A DNA stretch of 63,246 bases, counting the filler. It is 4 parts of 4 records of this genome, joined end to end, with 100 filler letters (N's around TTAATTAATTAA, not from the genome) between each part and the next. Parts side by side here need not be neighbours in the genome. Positions count along the whole stretch, not along the records: positions 1 to 13,363 come from SRR31156797_4909; 3 more parts are not named here. One strand, written 5' to 3'. The notes below the pieces were generated by a model. It made no database searches. It worked only from the letters and a program-made list of their open reading frames with translations, and was not told where the DNA came from. Below are positions 1 to 10,335 of this stretch, piece by piece. How positions within the stretch are numbered: the first letter of the stretch is position 1; each line of letters opens with the position of its first letter. Made by a program: the position numbers and the translations under genes.

Positions 1-24
1 CTAACCAGCTTTAGCTATAGTCCC
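1..24 (-). tRNA. Probable 5' fragment of a tRNA gene cut by the contig edge (isotype not determinable)
   Basis: Minus strand reads GGGACTATAGCTAAAGCTGGTTAG, resembling a tRNA acceptor stem plus D-arm; a consensus promoter lies just upstream; the anticodon is outside the window. Confidence 0.45.
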
Positions 25-64
25 ATATTAATGAAGCAAAGTTCATTACCCCTAGCGAATAAAT

Positions 65-93
65 ATTGTACCACTTATCTATTGCTTTGTAAA
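65..93 (-). promoter_or_regulatory. sigma70/sigmaA promoter for the edge tRNA
   Basis: Minus strand TTTACA-N17-TACAAT with an extended -10 TG. Confidence 0.55.
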
Positions 94-178
94 TAATAAA
101 TACATAGTTTTTACGAGTATTTATATTCTTATCAGAAAGAACTGTAGTATTTTAAGAATTTAATTTTTAATAGATTTG

Positions 179-709
179 TTATTTTCCTTTTGGTTTAATA
201 TGATAGTATAGAATTCTAAGCTCGTTGCCGCTAAGACCTACTTCATCCTTTTTCTCTGCGATAGTTCCGCCTAAACTCTCAGGAATATTTCTGCTGGGAA
301 TATTTCTCTCATCAACAGGGTAGAGGAAGTAGTCTACATCCAATATTTTGGAGCAGTAATCGTACAGCTTGTGAATAGCTGACTTTCCATAGCCGTATCC
401 GTGCGCACTCTTTTTCAGCCATATTCCAAATTCAGGTGTTCTCGTATGAATTCTATGATTACCTATGCAGCCCAAAAATTCATATGTATCAGCAGTTTCC
501 AGCACAAACTGCATATTATAACCTTCTTTTGTTGTAGCTATGGAAGTTTCAATCCAGTCAATTGTTTCTTCAATTTCGCTGGATACATTAGGATACATAT
601 ATTTTATTATTTCTCTGTTAAACTCCTGAAAAATAATCTCTGCATCGCTTAGCTTAATGCATCTTAGGCGAAGATTAGCCCATTCAATTATTACATTGCT
701 GTAATCCAT
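179..709 (-). CDS. GNAT family N-acetyltransferase (RimJ/RimL-like)
   Basis: RLRCIKLSDAE, EFGIWLKKSAHGYGYG and N.PSRNIPESLGG motifs; start moved to ATG 709 behind a GAGG RBS. Confidence 0.85.
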   Translation of the reverse strand: MDYSNVIIEWANLRLRCIKLSDAEIIFQEFNREIIKYMYPNVSSEIEETIDWIETSIATTKEGYNMQFVLETADTYEFLGCIGNHRIHTRTPEFGIWLKKSAHGYGYGKSAIHKLYDYCSKILDVDYFLYPVDERNIPSRNIPESLGGTIAEKKDEVGLSGNELRILYYHIKPKGK

Positions 710-928
710 ATATACCTCTATTGTCAATGATTGCGTCAATTGTATTTTGTAAATTATAATATAAAAACTAAAGCTATGCAATTAAATTATAACACTATAT
801 ATTCATCAACTTAACATTTTAATAACTTGAAAAAAGTATTTTAATACAATAAATATAGTATTATTATTAACAAATGACACTAAATTGTTATACAGAAAAG
901 ATTATATTGTATAAAATGAGTATTTTTA

Positions 929-957
929 TTTACGACCTATACTATGTAATGTATAAT
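929..957 (+). promoter_or_regulatory. sigma70-type promoter
   Basis: TTTACG-N17-TATAAT upstream of the CDS at 1040. Confidence 0.45.
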
Positions 958-1039
958 ATACATACAAAGTGATATTAACATTAAAGATATAATTAAACAG
1001 ATAAAGATAACAGGATATTATGGGGAGGGAATATACAAA

Positions 1040-1534
1040 ATGATAACATATTATACTAGGGAAGACCTAAAAAGTGGTGATGATTTCGTATTAAGAGATA
1101 ATTTGAAAAATTCTATTCTTTCTTTTGAGAATTTGCAGAGGCTAGGGGGAAGAAAATATAGAGTTTGTGATTCGGATGACAATTTCTTATATATTATTGC
1201 AGATACGGATATAGAGACTAAAAATGAATATACTCTCTATGACAATAAATCAAGAATTTTAGCTGTAATTAAAAGATTTAGAAATTTCATGGGAAGTAAA
1301 ATTATAGTTGAACATGAAAGTATAAATTACAAATTTGATTTTTCAGTATTACCAAAGCTAAAAATGACTTTGTCTCATAATGAGGAAGTAGTGATTTCAG
1401 CACTTATTAAAAATGTGAATTTAGGATATGGTAAGCAATCTGTTCTGGAAACATTAGTTATGGAAAGTGACGATGTTCTGCTGAATCTAGCTGTATTTTC
1501 TACAATTGGAATAATATACTCTGACAGCTATTAA
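1040..1534 (+). CDS. LURP-one-related / Tubby C-terminal-like protein
   Basis: Repeated F/Y-x-x-x-D beta units (FVLRD, YRVCD, YTLYD) and a C-terminal hydrophobic helix (DVLLNLAVFSTI); GGGGAGG RBS. Confidence 0.6.
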   Translation: MITYYTREDLKSGDDFVLRDNLKNSILSFENLQRLGGRKYRVCDSDDNFLYIIADTDIETKNEYTLYDNKSRILAVIKRFRNFMGSKIIVEHESINYKFDFSVLPKLKMTLSHNEEVVISALIKNVNLGYGKQSVLETLVMESDDVLLNLAVFSTIGIIYSDSY

Positions 1535-1617
1535 TATTGCAATAATCTAATATTTGTGCTTAAACACATTGCATACATGCTAATTTTTACTCCTGTGTAC
1601 ATGTAACAAAAATTTAG

Positions 1618-1646
1618 TTGACTAAAGGGCATATAGGTGCTAGTAT
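1618..1646 (+). promoter_or_regulatory. sigma70-type promoter of ilvNC
   Basis: TTGACT-N17-TAGTAT with an extended -10 TG. Confidence 0.5.
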
Positions 1647-1720
1647 ATTTAATTAAGTTACGGTAGTACAGAAACGATTTTTATGGTTGAAACAGGACAG
1701 TAAAGGTTAAAAGGTTTAAA

Positions 1721-2215
1721 TTGAATCAAAGAATAATATCATTTATAGTAGCTAATGAACCAGGTGTATTAAGCAGAATATCTGGATTGATAAGCCGTCG
1801 AGGATATAATATAGATTCTCTTACTGTAGGTGTCACAAGAGACAATTCATTATCCAGAATTACTATTGTAATGCAGGCTGATGACCAGATTACTGCACAA
1901 GTAGTCAAGCAGCTAAACAAATTAATAGATGTCAAACATGTCAGGGATTTACCTGTTGGCAAAAGAACTCTAAGTGAAATAGCACTTATTAAGGTAGGTT
2001 CAAATGGTGACAAGGTTGAACTTATTGAAAAAGCCAATAAATTATGGGGCAGAATAGTTGATATGGGGGATGCTACTTTGACCGTTGAACTGAGTGGAAA
2101 TACGCAGTATATCGACGATGCAATTGAGGAACTTACGCCGTTTGGAATTAAGGAAATAGCCAGAACAGGAATGGTTGCCCTTGAGAGAGGCGATGAAACT
2201 TTAAATAACTACTAA
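1721..2215 (+). CDS. ilvN: Acetolactate synthase small (regulatory) subunit
   Basis: [25 protein letters not shown] motif and EIARTG; TTG start. Confidence 0.95.
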   Translation: MNQRIISFIVANEPGVLSRISGLISRRGYNIDSLTVGVTRDNSLSRITIVMQADDQITAQVVKQLNKLIDVKHVRDLPVGKRTLSEIALIKVGSNGDKVELIEKANKLWGRIVDMGDATLTVELSGNTQYIDDAIEELTPFGIKEIARTGMVALERGDETLNNY

Positions 2216-2229
2216 AGAAAGAGGATAAT

Positions 2230-3222
2230 ATGGCAAAATTATACTACTCAGAAGATTGTAACCCAGCAGACCTTAAGGATAAGAAGATAGCTGTTATCGG
2301 ATATGGCAGTCAGGGACATGCACATGCACTTAATTTGCACGAATCAGGTTTTGAAGTAACTGTAGGACTATATGAAGGCTCAAAGTCTTGGGTAATAGCA
2401 GAAAATGCAGGACTAAAAGTTGCTACTGCAAAGGATGCCTCAGACTGGGCAGACGTAATTGTTATGCTGGTAAACGATGAAAAGATGCCATCTATTTATG
2501 AGAATTCAGTACTGCCATCATTGAGAGCTGGCAAGTATTTGATGTTTGCGCATGGATTTAATATTCACTACAAAATGATTGCACCTCCTGAGGATGTAAA
2601 CGTATTTATGATTGCTCCAAAGGGACCAGGTCACACAGTACGTTCACAATATGAAGAGGGGAAAGGCGTACCTTGCTTAATTGCTGTATACCAAGACCCA
2701 TCAGGTGACACATTTAAGACTGGCTTAGCATATGCTCAGGGTATCGGCGGAGCACGCGGCGGTATTCTAGAGACTACATTCAGAGAAGAAACAGAGACTG
2801 ACCTATTTGGTGAGCAGGCAGTGCTGTGCGGCGGTGTTACAGCCCTTATGAAGGCTGGATTTGAAACATTGGTTGAAGCAGGATATGAGCCTGAAAGTGC
2901 ATATTTTGAATGTATTCATGAAATGAAGCTAATTGTTGATATGATTTTCCAAGGTGGATTATCTCGTATGAGATATTCTGTATCTGATACAGCTGAATAT
3001 GGTGATTACACTATAGGTAGCCGTATTATTACTGAAGAAACTAAAAAGGAAATGAAGAAAGTTCTTACTGAGATTCAGGAAGGTAAATTTGCTAGAGACT
3101 GGATACTTGAAAACCAATCAGGCAGAGCATACTTTAATGCTAAAAGAAGAATTGAGTCTGAACATCAAGTGGAAGAAGTTGGTAAAGAATTGCGTGCAGC
3201 AATGCAATGGAGCGGAAAATAA
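2230..3222 (+). CDS. ilvC: Ketol-acid reductoisomerase
   Basis: [37 protein letters not shown] and SDTAEYG motifs. Confidence 0.98.
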   Translation: MAKLYYSEDCNPADLKDKKIAVIGYGSQGHAHALNLHESGFEVTVGLYEGSKSWVIAENAGLKVATAKDASDWADVIVMLVNDEKMPSIYENSVLPSLRAGKYLMFAHGFNIHYKMIAPPEDVNVFMIAPKGPGHTVRSQYEEGKGVPCLIAVYQDPSGDTFKTGLAYAQGIGGARGGILETTFREETETDLFGEQAVLCGGVTALMKAGFETLVEAGYEPESAYFECIHEMKLIVDMIFQGGLSRMRYSVSDTAEYGDYTIGSRIITEETKKEMKKVLTEIQEGKFARDWILENQSGRAYFNAKRRIESEHQVEEVGKELRAAMQWSGK

Positions 3223-3232
3223 ATAATAATTG

Positions 3233-3262
3233 AGCCTTTCTTAAAAGAAAGGCTTTTATTTT
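3233..3262 (+). terminator. Intrinsic terminator after ilvC
   Basis: AGCCTTTCTT/AAGAAAGGCT stem followed by a T-rich tail. Confidence 0.8.
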
Positions 3263-3292
3263 GCTTAAAATTGTGATATGTTTTAAACTGTA

Positions 3293-3859
3293 ATGAACAT
3301 CCTAAAAAATCAGATTGATGACTTCAATATAATAGGTGCGGTGGATAATGAGAGAAAAACTCTTGAGGTGATAAAATCCCATGTCGGTATAGTATTTGTA
3401 CTAGGCTGTGATATAATTGTGTTGAAAAATATTGTTGCAAGGATAAAGAGATCTAATAAGCTGGCATTTGTCCACATTGATTTGGTTAATGGATTAGGTA
3501 AAGATATCTTTGCTGTGGATTATATCAAAAGGAATATTGGTGCTAATGGCATTATTAGTACCAGACATAGTCTGATAAATCATGCTAAATCCCAAGGGCT
3601 TATGACTGTACAGAGAATGTTTCTCCTGGATTCATCTTCTGTGAAATCAGGTATAGAAATGGCTCATAAATCTAATGCAGATTTTATTGAGCTTATGCCT
3701 GGAGTTATTCCCAAGGCAATCAAGGGTATAAAAAGACATATAAAGCAGCCAATTATTGCAGGTGGTATGATAGACGACCAAAATGGAGCTGACGATGCAA
3801 TTCACGCAGGCGCAGTAGCTGTCTCCACCAGTTGTGAAGAATTGTGGTACAAGAAGTAG
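3293..3859 (+). CDS. glpP: Glycerol-3-phosphate responsive antiterminator
   Basis: FVHIDLVNGL, GIISTR, QRMFLLDS, IELMPG, IIAGGMI and AVSTS motifs. Confidence 0.92.
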   Translation: MNILKNQIDDFNIIGAVDNERKTLEVIKSHVGIVFVLGCDIIVLKNIVARIKRSNKLAFVHIDLVNGLGKDIFAVDYIKRNIGANGIISTRHSLINHAKSQGLMTVQRMFLLDSSSVKSGIEMAHKSNADFIELMPGVIPKAIKGIKRHIKQPIIAGGMIDDQNGADDAIHAGAVAVSTSCEELWYKK

Positions 3860-3895
3860 ATATTTAGTAATTTTTAATATACAAGGAGAGATACA

Positions 3896-4513
3896 TTGAG
3901 TAAGATTACTACTTTGCCCCTAGGCATGGCACCGCCAACTATTCATCTGATGATAGCAAAAGAGATTGCAGAAAAACTAGAAATGAACATTTCTGGGAAT
4001 TATCTGCTTGGTGCTATTGCGCCAGATGGCATACTTGCACGTATTGATTATACTGCTGAACAATTGAATAACGCTCACTTTCGAAAAGAAGGTATAAAGG
4101 ACAGCTGGCAAAAGGCGAAGCAAGAATTCTTCAAGGAGGAGGATGCCTTTGCAAAAGGTTATGCTTTTCATATTATGATTGATGTATTGTGGCTGACGGG
4201 TATATATCTAAAGCTAAAGGATAAACATGGCGAAAAGTTTACCATAAAGAAATACAATGAGGACATAAAGTTTGTAGAGAAATGGCTGTGCAAGACAAGT
4301 AAATATAATCAATTGTGGCATGCTATTACAGGTGTCAAATTATCAGGATATAATATTTATATTTCTCAAGGTGAATTAGAACTATACAAATCTCAAAAAT
4401 ACAAATCGATTCTTTATGACACAGCTCCTGATAAAATGAATTATCTATCACTGGAAAAGATTAATAAATTTGTAGGGAAAGCTGCTAAAAGAATTATAAA
4501 TGAGCTAAAATAA
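3896..4513 (+). CDS. Zinc-dependent phospholipase C-like family protein
   Basis: P.TIH, YLLGAIAPD, AHF and GYAFH...D.LW metal-binding pattern. Confidence 0.75.
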   Translation: MSKITTLPLGMAPPTIHLMIAKEIAEKLEMNISGNYLLGAIAPDGILARIDYTAEQLNNAHFRKEGIKDSWQKAKQEFFKEEDAFAKGYAFHIMIDVLWLTGIYLKLKDKHGEKFTIKKYNEDIKFVEKWLCKTSKYNQLWHAITGVKLSGYNIYISQGELELYKSQKYKSILYDTAPDKMNYLSLEKINKFVGKAAKRIINELK

Positions 4514-4523
4514 TTATAATAAT

Positions 4524-4547
4524 AACGAGAGCATTAGCTCTCGTTTT
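4524..4547. terminator. Terminator between convergent genes
   Basis: AACGAGAGC-ATTA-GCTCTCGTT perfect stem with a T tail. Confidence 0.75.
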
Positions 4548-4580
4548 GGTATTTAATACTATTTTGTTGTATTTCGATTT

Positions 4581-5597
4581 TTATACGTTTGCCTTTTGTG
4601 CCTGCTTTACAATAATCTTGATTGTGCTAATTACAATACCCAATATTGAGAAACCCATTACAACCTTGATCATTATGTAATAATATTGTTGCATAGTATC
4701 TATCCAGCTTTGAGCACCATACTTAGAGATTATCTCTGTCATAGAGAAAATCATTTGCGAATTGAGCATTATTACAAGTATTACTATGCCTAGTAATGAA
4801 GTACCGAGTTCAAACAACCTTGACCCAAGTGTTTTTTTTCTTTTAATTAGCATTATAATCTCTAATATAAATGATAATACGAATGATAAATTCCATAATG
4901 GCAACAGCTTCCTTACCACATCTACGTTAAATATGTATAGCACTTTTAATTCGCTGCCTTGCCCAATAAAGTATGGCACAGTACCTCGTGCTACAAATAG
5001 ATTTACAATTAAGAATCCAATTGTAATAAAGAACATTGCAATAACTGGCTCCCACACAGGTACTCTGTCCTTTTCTTCGGGTAATTCAGGCAAATCTTTT
5101 GGTGTCCAGTCTTGGTAGATATCCATCTTACCACTTTCAAATTTACCAAAATATTGGATTAGGGCAAAAATTATTGTAATGCTTCCTACCATGCTGATGC
5201 CCACTGTAACGATACTTCCTATTAATTGAGCAATATTGCCTAAGAAATATCTTGCACTTAATAAATCGCTATTTAATATTATTTTTACTATAAAGCTTAC
5301 AACCAATCCCATAGTAGTAGCACCTAATGAAATGGCTAATACCATTTTGAATATTGGAAATAGTTCCTCACCGATTAATAGTTGTTTGTCGCCTCGATAG
5401 CGTGAAGCTACCTCTCTGGGGGGTCCCATCGCCTTTAGTACGGCTTCTATTTCTTCATTAGTATATTCATCCTTTTTGCCGTACTTGTCTTCTAATTCAT
5501 CAAATATCAATGAGTTTATTTCCTTAGCAATATCCTCCTGATTTTTTGATAATAAACGTCTCTGAATAGCGTAAATATACTTTTTGATAATATCCAT
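4581..5597 (-). CDS. Membrane protein with an N-terminal HAAS-type signalling domain (PadR partner)
   Basis: IKKYIYAIQRRL...DIAKEI...VLKAMGPPREVASRY, then WTPKDLP and multiple TM helices; start at MDIIKK after GGAGG. Confidence 0.75.
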   Translation of the reverse strand: MDIIKKYIYAIQRRLLSKNQEDIAKEINSLIFDELEDKYGKKDEYTNEEIEAVLKAMGPPREVASRYRGDKQLLIGEELFPIFKMVLAISLGATTMGLVVSFIVKIILNSDLLSARYFLGNIAQLIGSIVTVGISMVGSITIIFALIQYFGKFESGKMDIYQDWTPKDLPELPEEKDRVPVWEPVIAMFFITIGFLIVNLFVARGTVPYFIGQGSELKVLYIFNVDVVRKLLPLWNLSFVLSFILEIIMLIKRKKTLGSRLFELGTSLLGIVILVIMLNSQMIFSMTEIISKYGAQSWIDTMQQYYYIMIKVVMGFSILGIVISTIKIIVKQAQKANV

Positions 5598-5609
5598 AAT
5601 GCCCTCCAT

Positions 5610-5939
5610 TTAATCCTGTAATAGTTTAATAATTGTGTTGTTTAAGCTCTTCCATTCCTCGGTCAAGATTTCCAGCGCATCATATCCCTTGCTGCTTAGC
5701 TTGTAGTACCTTCTCGGGCGGGATTCCTCTACATTCCATTCGCTTTCCAGTAGTTCCTGTGCCTCCAGTCTCCTAAGCAGTGGGTACAATGTATTCTTGT
5801 CGATATCCATACCCTTTTTAGATAATGAGCCTACCAAAGAGTATCCGTAGAGTGGTTCCTTCAGCTGAGATAGTACACCCAGTACCAAAGTCCCTCGTTT
5901 TAATTCCTGCATAAGCCCGTTGATTGGATTTTTATCCAT
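5610..5939 (-). CDS. PadR family transcriptional regulator
   Basis: ELKRGTL, YGYSL, TLYPLLRRLE and RPRRYY motifs. Confidence 0.93.
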   Translation of the reverse strand: MDKNPINGLMQELKRGTLVLGVLSQLKEPLYGYSLVGSLSKKGMDIDKNTLYPLLRRLEAQELLESEWNVEESRPRRYYKLSSKGYDALEILTEEWKSLNNTIIKLLQD

Positions 5940-5959
5940 TACCATCACCTCTTGCCAAT

Positions 5960-5989
5960 ATTATAGTGTACGACACACATTAATGTCAA
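5960..5989 (-). promoter_or_regulatory. Promoter of the padR operon with a probable autoregulatory dyad in the spacer
   Basis: Minus strand TTGACA-N18-TATAAT; the spacer contains GTGT-N5-ACAC. Confidence 0.65.
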
Positions 5990-6118
5990 TATATAATTAT
6001 AATTAAAAATAAAATAATTGTTGAGTTACAATAGTTGTTATAATAACAACCAAATCTTTATATGCTAAGATAGGAATATATGGTAATATTAATATATTGA
6101 AGATAAAAAGAGGAAGAT

Positions 6119-6979
6119 ATGATTAGGAAGACTATTAACACAATAAAGAAAAACCCAATAATACTCATAGGCTATGGGATAATGGTTTTTGTCCCAATAA
6201 TAATTGATATTGCTTTTCAGCACTTTACATTTCCTGATTGGTTGACAAATGCAAATAATTTCGTCAATGTATCTGCAATAGATGATAAAGCACGTTATAG
6301 AAGATTGGTAATAAATACTATAGAATTACTATTGGCAAGCACTTTTATCACAATTCCTCTATTGAGATACACAACCGAAATTATTGAGAATATTGATACA
6401 AGAAATTGGTATAAAAGAGCTCTAAAGAAATACTGGTGGAGATGGATAGTGTACTACCTAATAATAATTATTATGTGTATGATAGTTGTTATTTCAATGA
6501 TTATACTAAGTTATATCAGTATACTTATAACTTATACTATAGGTATCTTAATTTTTGCACTTTTTATGCTCTATTGTTTGTTAGGTAGATTTCTTGTAGT
6601 TATTGAAAATGAGTTCGAACAAGGATTAAGAAATATATTTATAATTCCAATGAAATTTGCGTTGAAATACTTATTGTTACTAGTTTTAGTAGCAGGAATA
6701 GTGAATTTATTAACATGGTTAGGGAGAATGGATTTATTTCTAAATAATTTGTACTTAGCTTCATTATTATCTATAGTTTTAGGCATTATAACTTGGATTA
6801 GTACTGCATTTACTAATACTTATTGTGTCTATAGCTATATTTACTATAGAGACTTAAACGATGAACAGGACGATGAACAGGACGATGAAGATGATGGTGA
6901 TGATGAAAATGATCAGGATGATTATGTGCTCGAGCAAAGCTTTGCAGAGAAAATACGCAATAGATTTATATACAAATGA
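6119..6979 (+). CDS. Hypothetical multi-pass membrane protein with an acidic C-terminal tail
   Basis: About 6 hydrophobic segments; D/E-rich tail; AGAGGA RBS. Confidence 0.75.
   Translation: MIRKTINTIKKNPIILIGYGIMVFVPIIIDIAFQHFTFPDWLTNANNFVNVSAIDDKARYRRLVINTIELLLASTFITIPLLRYTTEIIENIDTRNWYKRALKKYWWRWIVYYLIIIIMCMIVVISMIILSYISILITYTIGILIFALFMLYCLLGRFLVVIENEFEQGLRNIFIIPMKFALKYLLLLVLVAGIVNLLTWLGRMDLFLNNLYLASLLSIVLGIITWISTAFTNTYCVYSYIYYRDLNDEQDDEQDDEDDGDDENDQDDYVLEQSFAEKIRNRFIYK
6858..6889 (+). repeat. In-frame 12-bp tandem repeat (ACGATGAACAGG x2.7)
   Basis: Read directly; encodes DEQD repeats. Confidence 0.7.
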
Positions 6980-7003
6980 AAAGAACGCATTACGCGCTCT
7001 TTT
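6979..7003. terminator. Bidirectional terminator
   Basis: AAAAGAACGC-ATTAC-GCGCTCTTTT between convergent genes. Confidence 0.55.
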
Positions 7004-7046
7004 CTATATAAGTATTAGAAGAAGTGAGAAAACTAGTAGTTGTTAA

Positions 7047-7796
7047 TTATAATGTTACTTCAGCTTCGTCGCTGTCCTTTAGAGTTAAGTAAAGCTGGGC
7101 GTTTGTTGAATTGTGATAAGGGGCAACAAATAATATACCTATACCACATGTTAGCATACCCAATAAATACCATCCGATAAACGATAGATCCAGTACGAAT
7201 GCAGCCCACTTCTGACCGTTCATCATGGCTTCACTCTTTTGTAAAGCGGTATTTGTATCTATATCAGGATTTTCTGTTAGGATAAATGGAACCATTCTGT
7301 AAGAATAGGCCTTGATTATTCCTGGTATAATAAAGAGCAGTGTCCATAAGAAGATGTATAAGCATTTCATAAACATAGTCTTAACAACGTTCATGTAATG
7401 CTCTTTTTTGAAGCCAAACCCTAGCTCATCAAGTCTAGTGTGAGGAGATGCTGCTGAAGTTGTAAAAAATCTTTGGCACGATACTTCCAATGGTCCACCT
7501 ACAAATGCTCTGAAAGCAAATGCTAGAGCTATAAATAACAGCGTAACAAATAATACTCCAATTACTGCACCAATAGCAAAGCCAGGACGCTGTGCAAAAA
7601 ATTCTCTTATGGCGTAACCACCCTCTGTATACCCGGAGCCACCTGAACCATGTCCACTTACTCCGCCGCCAGCTGAAAAACTGCTAGAAGCTACTCCTAG
7701 CAGAATTGAGACCAAAAAGGCCTGCCAGTAGTTGACTCGAAGTACATTCTTTGCTCGAAGTTTTAAATCTTCCCTAGTCCAATTTGAACAACTCAT
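7047..7796 (-). CDS. DUF975 family membrane protein
   Basis: R.DLK.RAK, LWTLLFIIPGIIKAYSYRMVPFIL and G.KW..FVLDLSFIGW motifs. Confidence 0.9.
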   Translation of the reverse strand: MSCSNWTREDLKLRAKNVLRVNYWQAFLVSILLGVASSSFSAGGGVSGHGSGGSGYTEGGYAIREFFAQRPGFAIGAVIGVLFVTLLFIALAFAFRAFVGGPLEVSCQRFFTTSAASPHTRLDELGFGFKKEHYMNVVKTMFMKCLYIFLWTLLFIIPGIIKAYSYRMVPFILTENPDIDTNTALQKSEAMMNGQKWAAFVLDLSFIGWYLLGMLTCGIGILFVAPYHNSTNAQLYLTLKDSDEAEVTL

Positions 7797-8062
7797 AATA
7801 AATTCTCCCTGTTATTAATTAATAATATAATATCAAAAAGCATAATAAACTGCTATACATGATATGTATAATATACAAATTCCATTCCAAAAGATGACAA
7901 ATAGTGATTGAATGTTTTGAATATACATTACCTTGATTACTTTGCATCTGACAAATTACTTGTATATAAGCTAATTTTAGCTCATTATAATGAATTCAAT
8001 GTTATTAATTTCTGAATATAAAACAGGTTCGCAGGGCAAAATTATATCAGTACTAAAAAGAC

Positions 8063-8395
8063 ATGGAGGAATTTTTTTTGATTAAGAATAATATAATAGT
8101 TATTGTGCTTGCTTTATTTATATTGTATTTAGTATTTACGCCATTTTTAAAGTTCGCTGTCAGAATGAACTTAGATATTAAACCTGACAGAGTGGAGAAG
8201 ATGTTTTTGAAATGCCCGTTTATATTGAACCAGGCTATTGAATACGAGGATAAAGAAACAATAATTTTAGGGGGCGTTTTGTCAGGATTACCTGTCAGAA
8301 ATGGGAAAATAAATATCCAGGTGTCTATACGAGATACTGGTGATAGTTGTAATATTGTAATAGGTTACCCAGCCCTGCCATTGGAGAGCTATTAA
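8063..8395 (+). CDS. Short YwmB-like protein
   Basis: C-terminal KINIQVSIR...IVIGYP..LESY resembles the YwmB C-terminus; abuts murA as in Firmicutes. Confidence 0.55.
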   Translation: MEEFFLIKNNIIVIVLALFILYLVFTPFLKFAVRMNLDIKPDRVEKMFLKCPFILNQAIEYEDKETIILGGVLSGLPVRNGKINIQVSIRDTGDSCNIVIGYPALPLESY

Positions 8396-9639
8396 TGATA
8401 GGATATTCAATTACAGGAAAGAAAGCCTTGGAAGGTGATATATCAATATCTCGTTCAAAGAATGCTGCGTTGCCAATTATAGCAGCGTGTATACTTACTG
8501 AAGGAAAGACAAATCTGTATCATCTGCCTTGTTTATCGGATATTAACATTATGTGTGATATACTTCGATCAATAAATGGTAAATGTGATATAAACGGACG
8601 ATGCATTTCTATATTTACTGATAACATTGTAAATGTTGTACCACCCAGACCCTTAATGAATGCAATCAGAGCATCATTTCTCCTTATGGGACCGATGCTG
8701 GCTCGATTCGGCAGAGCGATGATACCTATGCCTGGCGGCTGTAATATTGGTAAACGTCCAGTAGATCTGCATCTAAAGGGAATGCAGGCTTTGGGGGCAG
8801 AGATTGAGACAAAAAATGGTATTGCATATGCTAAAGGAAAATTAACAGGGAGTAAGTTTCGTCTGGATTTTCCATCTGTTGGTGCAACCGAAAATATTAT
8901 AATGGCAGCCACAGGAGCAAAGGGCACTACTTCAATTATCAATGCAGCCAAAGAGCCTGAAATAGTCGATTTGTGCAATTTCCTTCGTATGGCAGGTGCA
9001 AATATCAAAGATGACGGTACTGATACTATTATTATTGAGGGAGGATATTCGTTAAAAGCAGTAGAGTATGTACCAATACCAGATAGAATAGAAACGGGAA
9101 CATATATGATTGCTGCTAGTGCTGCTAAAGGTAAAGTAATACTTAATGACGTGAATCCAAATCACAATACAGCCATTATTGAGAAGCTTAAAGCTGGAGG
9201 TATTGATATGGATATCGGACAGGATTATATCAGAATAAATCCCAGCGAATACAGAGCTGTAAATATCTACACACAGCCTTATCCAGGCTTCCCAACTGAT
9301 TTGCAGGCTCCTATGATGGTGCTAAACTGTCTCTCAGACAATCCGTCCTGTATGGTTGAGAGCATGTTTGAAAACAGATATACGCATATACCCCAGTTAA
9401 AGAAATTAGGAGCAAATATTGAACTGATAAATGAAAGAGCAGTTATTAAGAAGTCGGACTTAGTCGGATGTGAAGTAGAAGCTACTGATTTGCGTGCAGG
9501 TGCAGCGCTGGTAATTGCGGGGCTATGTGCTCAAGGAGAGACATTTGTAAAAGATCCAGGGCATATAAAAAGAGGCTATGATAGCCTCAGTGTGAAGTTG
9601 AATTCAATTGGTGCAGATATTAGCTTAATACCATTATAA
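8395..9639 (+). CDS. murA: UDP-N-acetylglucosamine 1-carboxyvinyltransferase
   Basis: KNAALP, PGGCNIGKRPVDLH (active Cys), SVGATEN, PDRIETGT, YPGFPTDLQ and DLRAGAA motifs. Confidence 0.97.
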   Translation: MIGYSITGKKALEGDISISRSKNAALPIIAACILTEGKTNLYHLPCLSDINIMCDILRSINGKCDINGRCISIFTDNIVNVVPPRPLMNAIRASFLLMGPMLARFGRAMIPMPGGCNIGKRPVDLHLKGMQALGAEIETKNGIAYAKGKLTGSKFRLDFPSVGATENIIMAATGAKGTTSIINAAKEPEIVDLCNFLRMAGANIKDDGTDTIIIEGGYSLKAVEYVPIPDRIETGTYMIAASAAKGKVILNDVNPNHNTAIIEKLKAGGIDMDIGQDYIRINPSEYRAVNIYTQPYPGFPTDLQAPMMVLNCLSDNPSCMVESMFENRYTHIPQLKKLGANIELINERAVIKKSDLVGCEVEATDLRAGAALVIAGLCAQGETFVKDPGHIKRGYDSLSVKLNSIGADISLIPL

Positions 9640-10335
9640 TGAATAGAAGTAGTCTACTTCATCTTTTGTAAGTTCTCGATACTCACCATATTTTAAGCCC
9701 TCTAGATTTACGATGCCAATGGAAACTCTCTCCAGCATATCTACATGTCCTCCGACAGTCTCTATCATCTTTCGTATTTGTCTGTTTCTTCCTTCACGGA
9801 TAGTAATATTCATAAACAGAGTATCTTTATCAATTTGTTGTGCGGCAATTTTCGCTGGTGAAGTTTTGAAGCCGTCTATTTCAATTCCCTTGCGAAGAGT
9901 GTTAATGTCATCCTTGGTTATGTTACCTTTTGCATGGATAGTGTATGTCTTGTGACACTCATATTTCGGGTGAGTTACACGGTATGCAAATTCACCATCA
10001 TTTGTAACAAAGATTATTCCTGAACTAAAATAGTCAAGTCTTCCGACTGTAAATAGCCTTCTGTCATCCGGGAAAAAATCCAGAACTTTCTTTCTGTTCT
10101 TTTCATCAGATGCACTGACAATTACCTTTACAGGTTTATTAAAAGCATAGTATACATGCTCTGCTGTTATATTGATGGTTTTACCATTTACCGAGATAAT
10201 ATCATTTTCTTCAACTATATAGCCCATTTGTGTAATCAGATTGCCATTTACCTTAACTACACCGTCTTTAATCAATTCTTCGGCTTTTCGTCTGGAGCAG
10301 ATACCTGCCTGAGCTATGTATTTTTGCAGTCGCAT
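9634..10335 (-). CDS. rluB: 23S rRNA pseudouridine synthase (RluB/RsuA family)
   Basis: MRLQKYIAQAG S4 domain, VGRLD catalytic motif and EGRNRQIRKM; AAGGAG RBS before 10335. Confidence 0.92.
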   Translation of the reverse strand: MRLQKYIAQAGICSRRKAEELIKDGVVKVNGNLITQMGYIVEENDIISVNGKTINITAEHVYYAFNKPVKVIVSASDEKNRKKVLDFFPDDRRLFTVGRLDYFSSGIIFVTNDGEFAYRVTHPKYECHKTYTIHAKGNITKDDINTLRKGIEIDGFKTSPAKIAAQQIDKDTLFMNITIREGRNRQIRKMIETVGGHVDMLERVSIGIVNLEGLKYGEYRELTKDEVDYFYSL

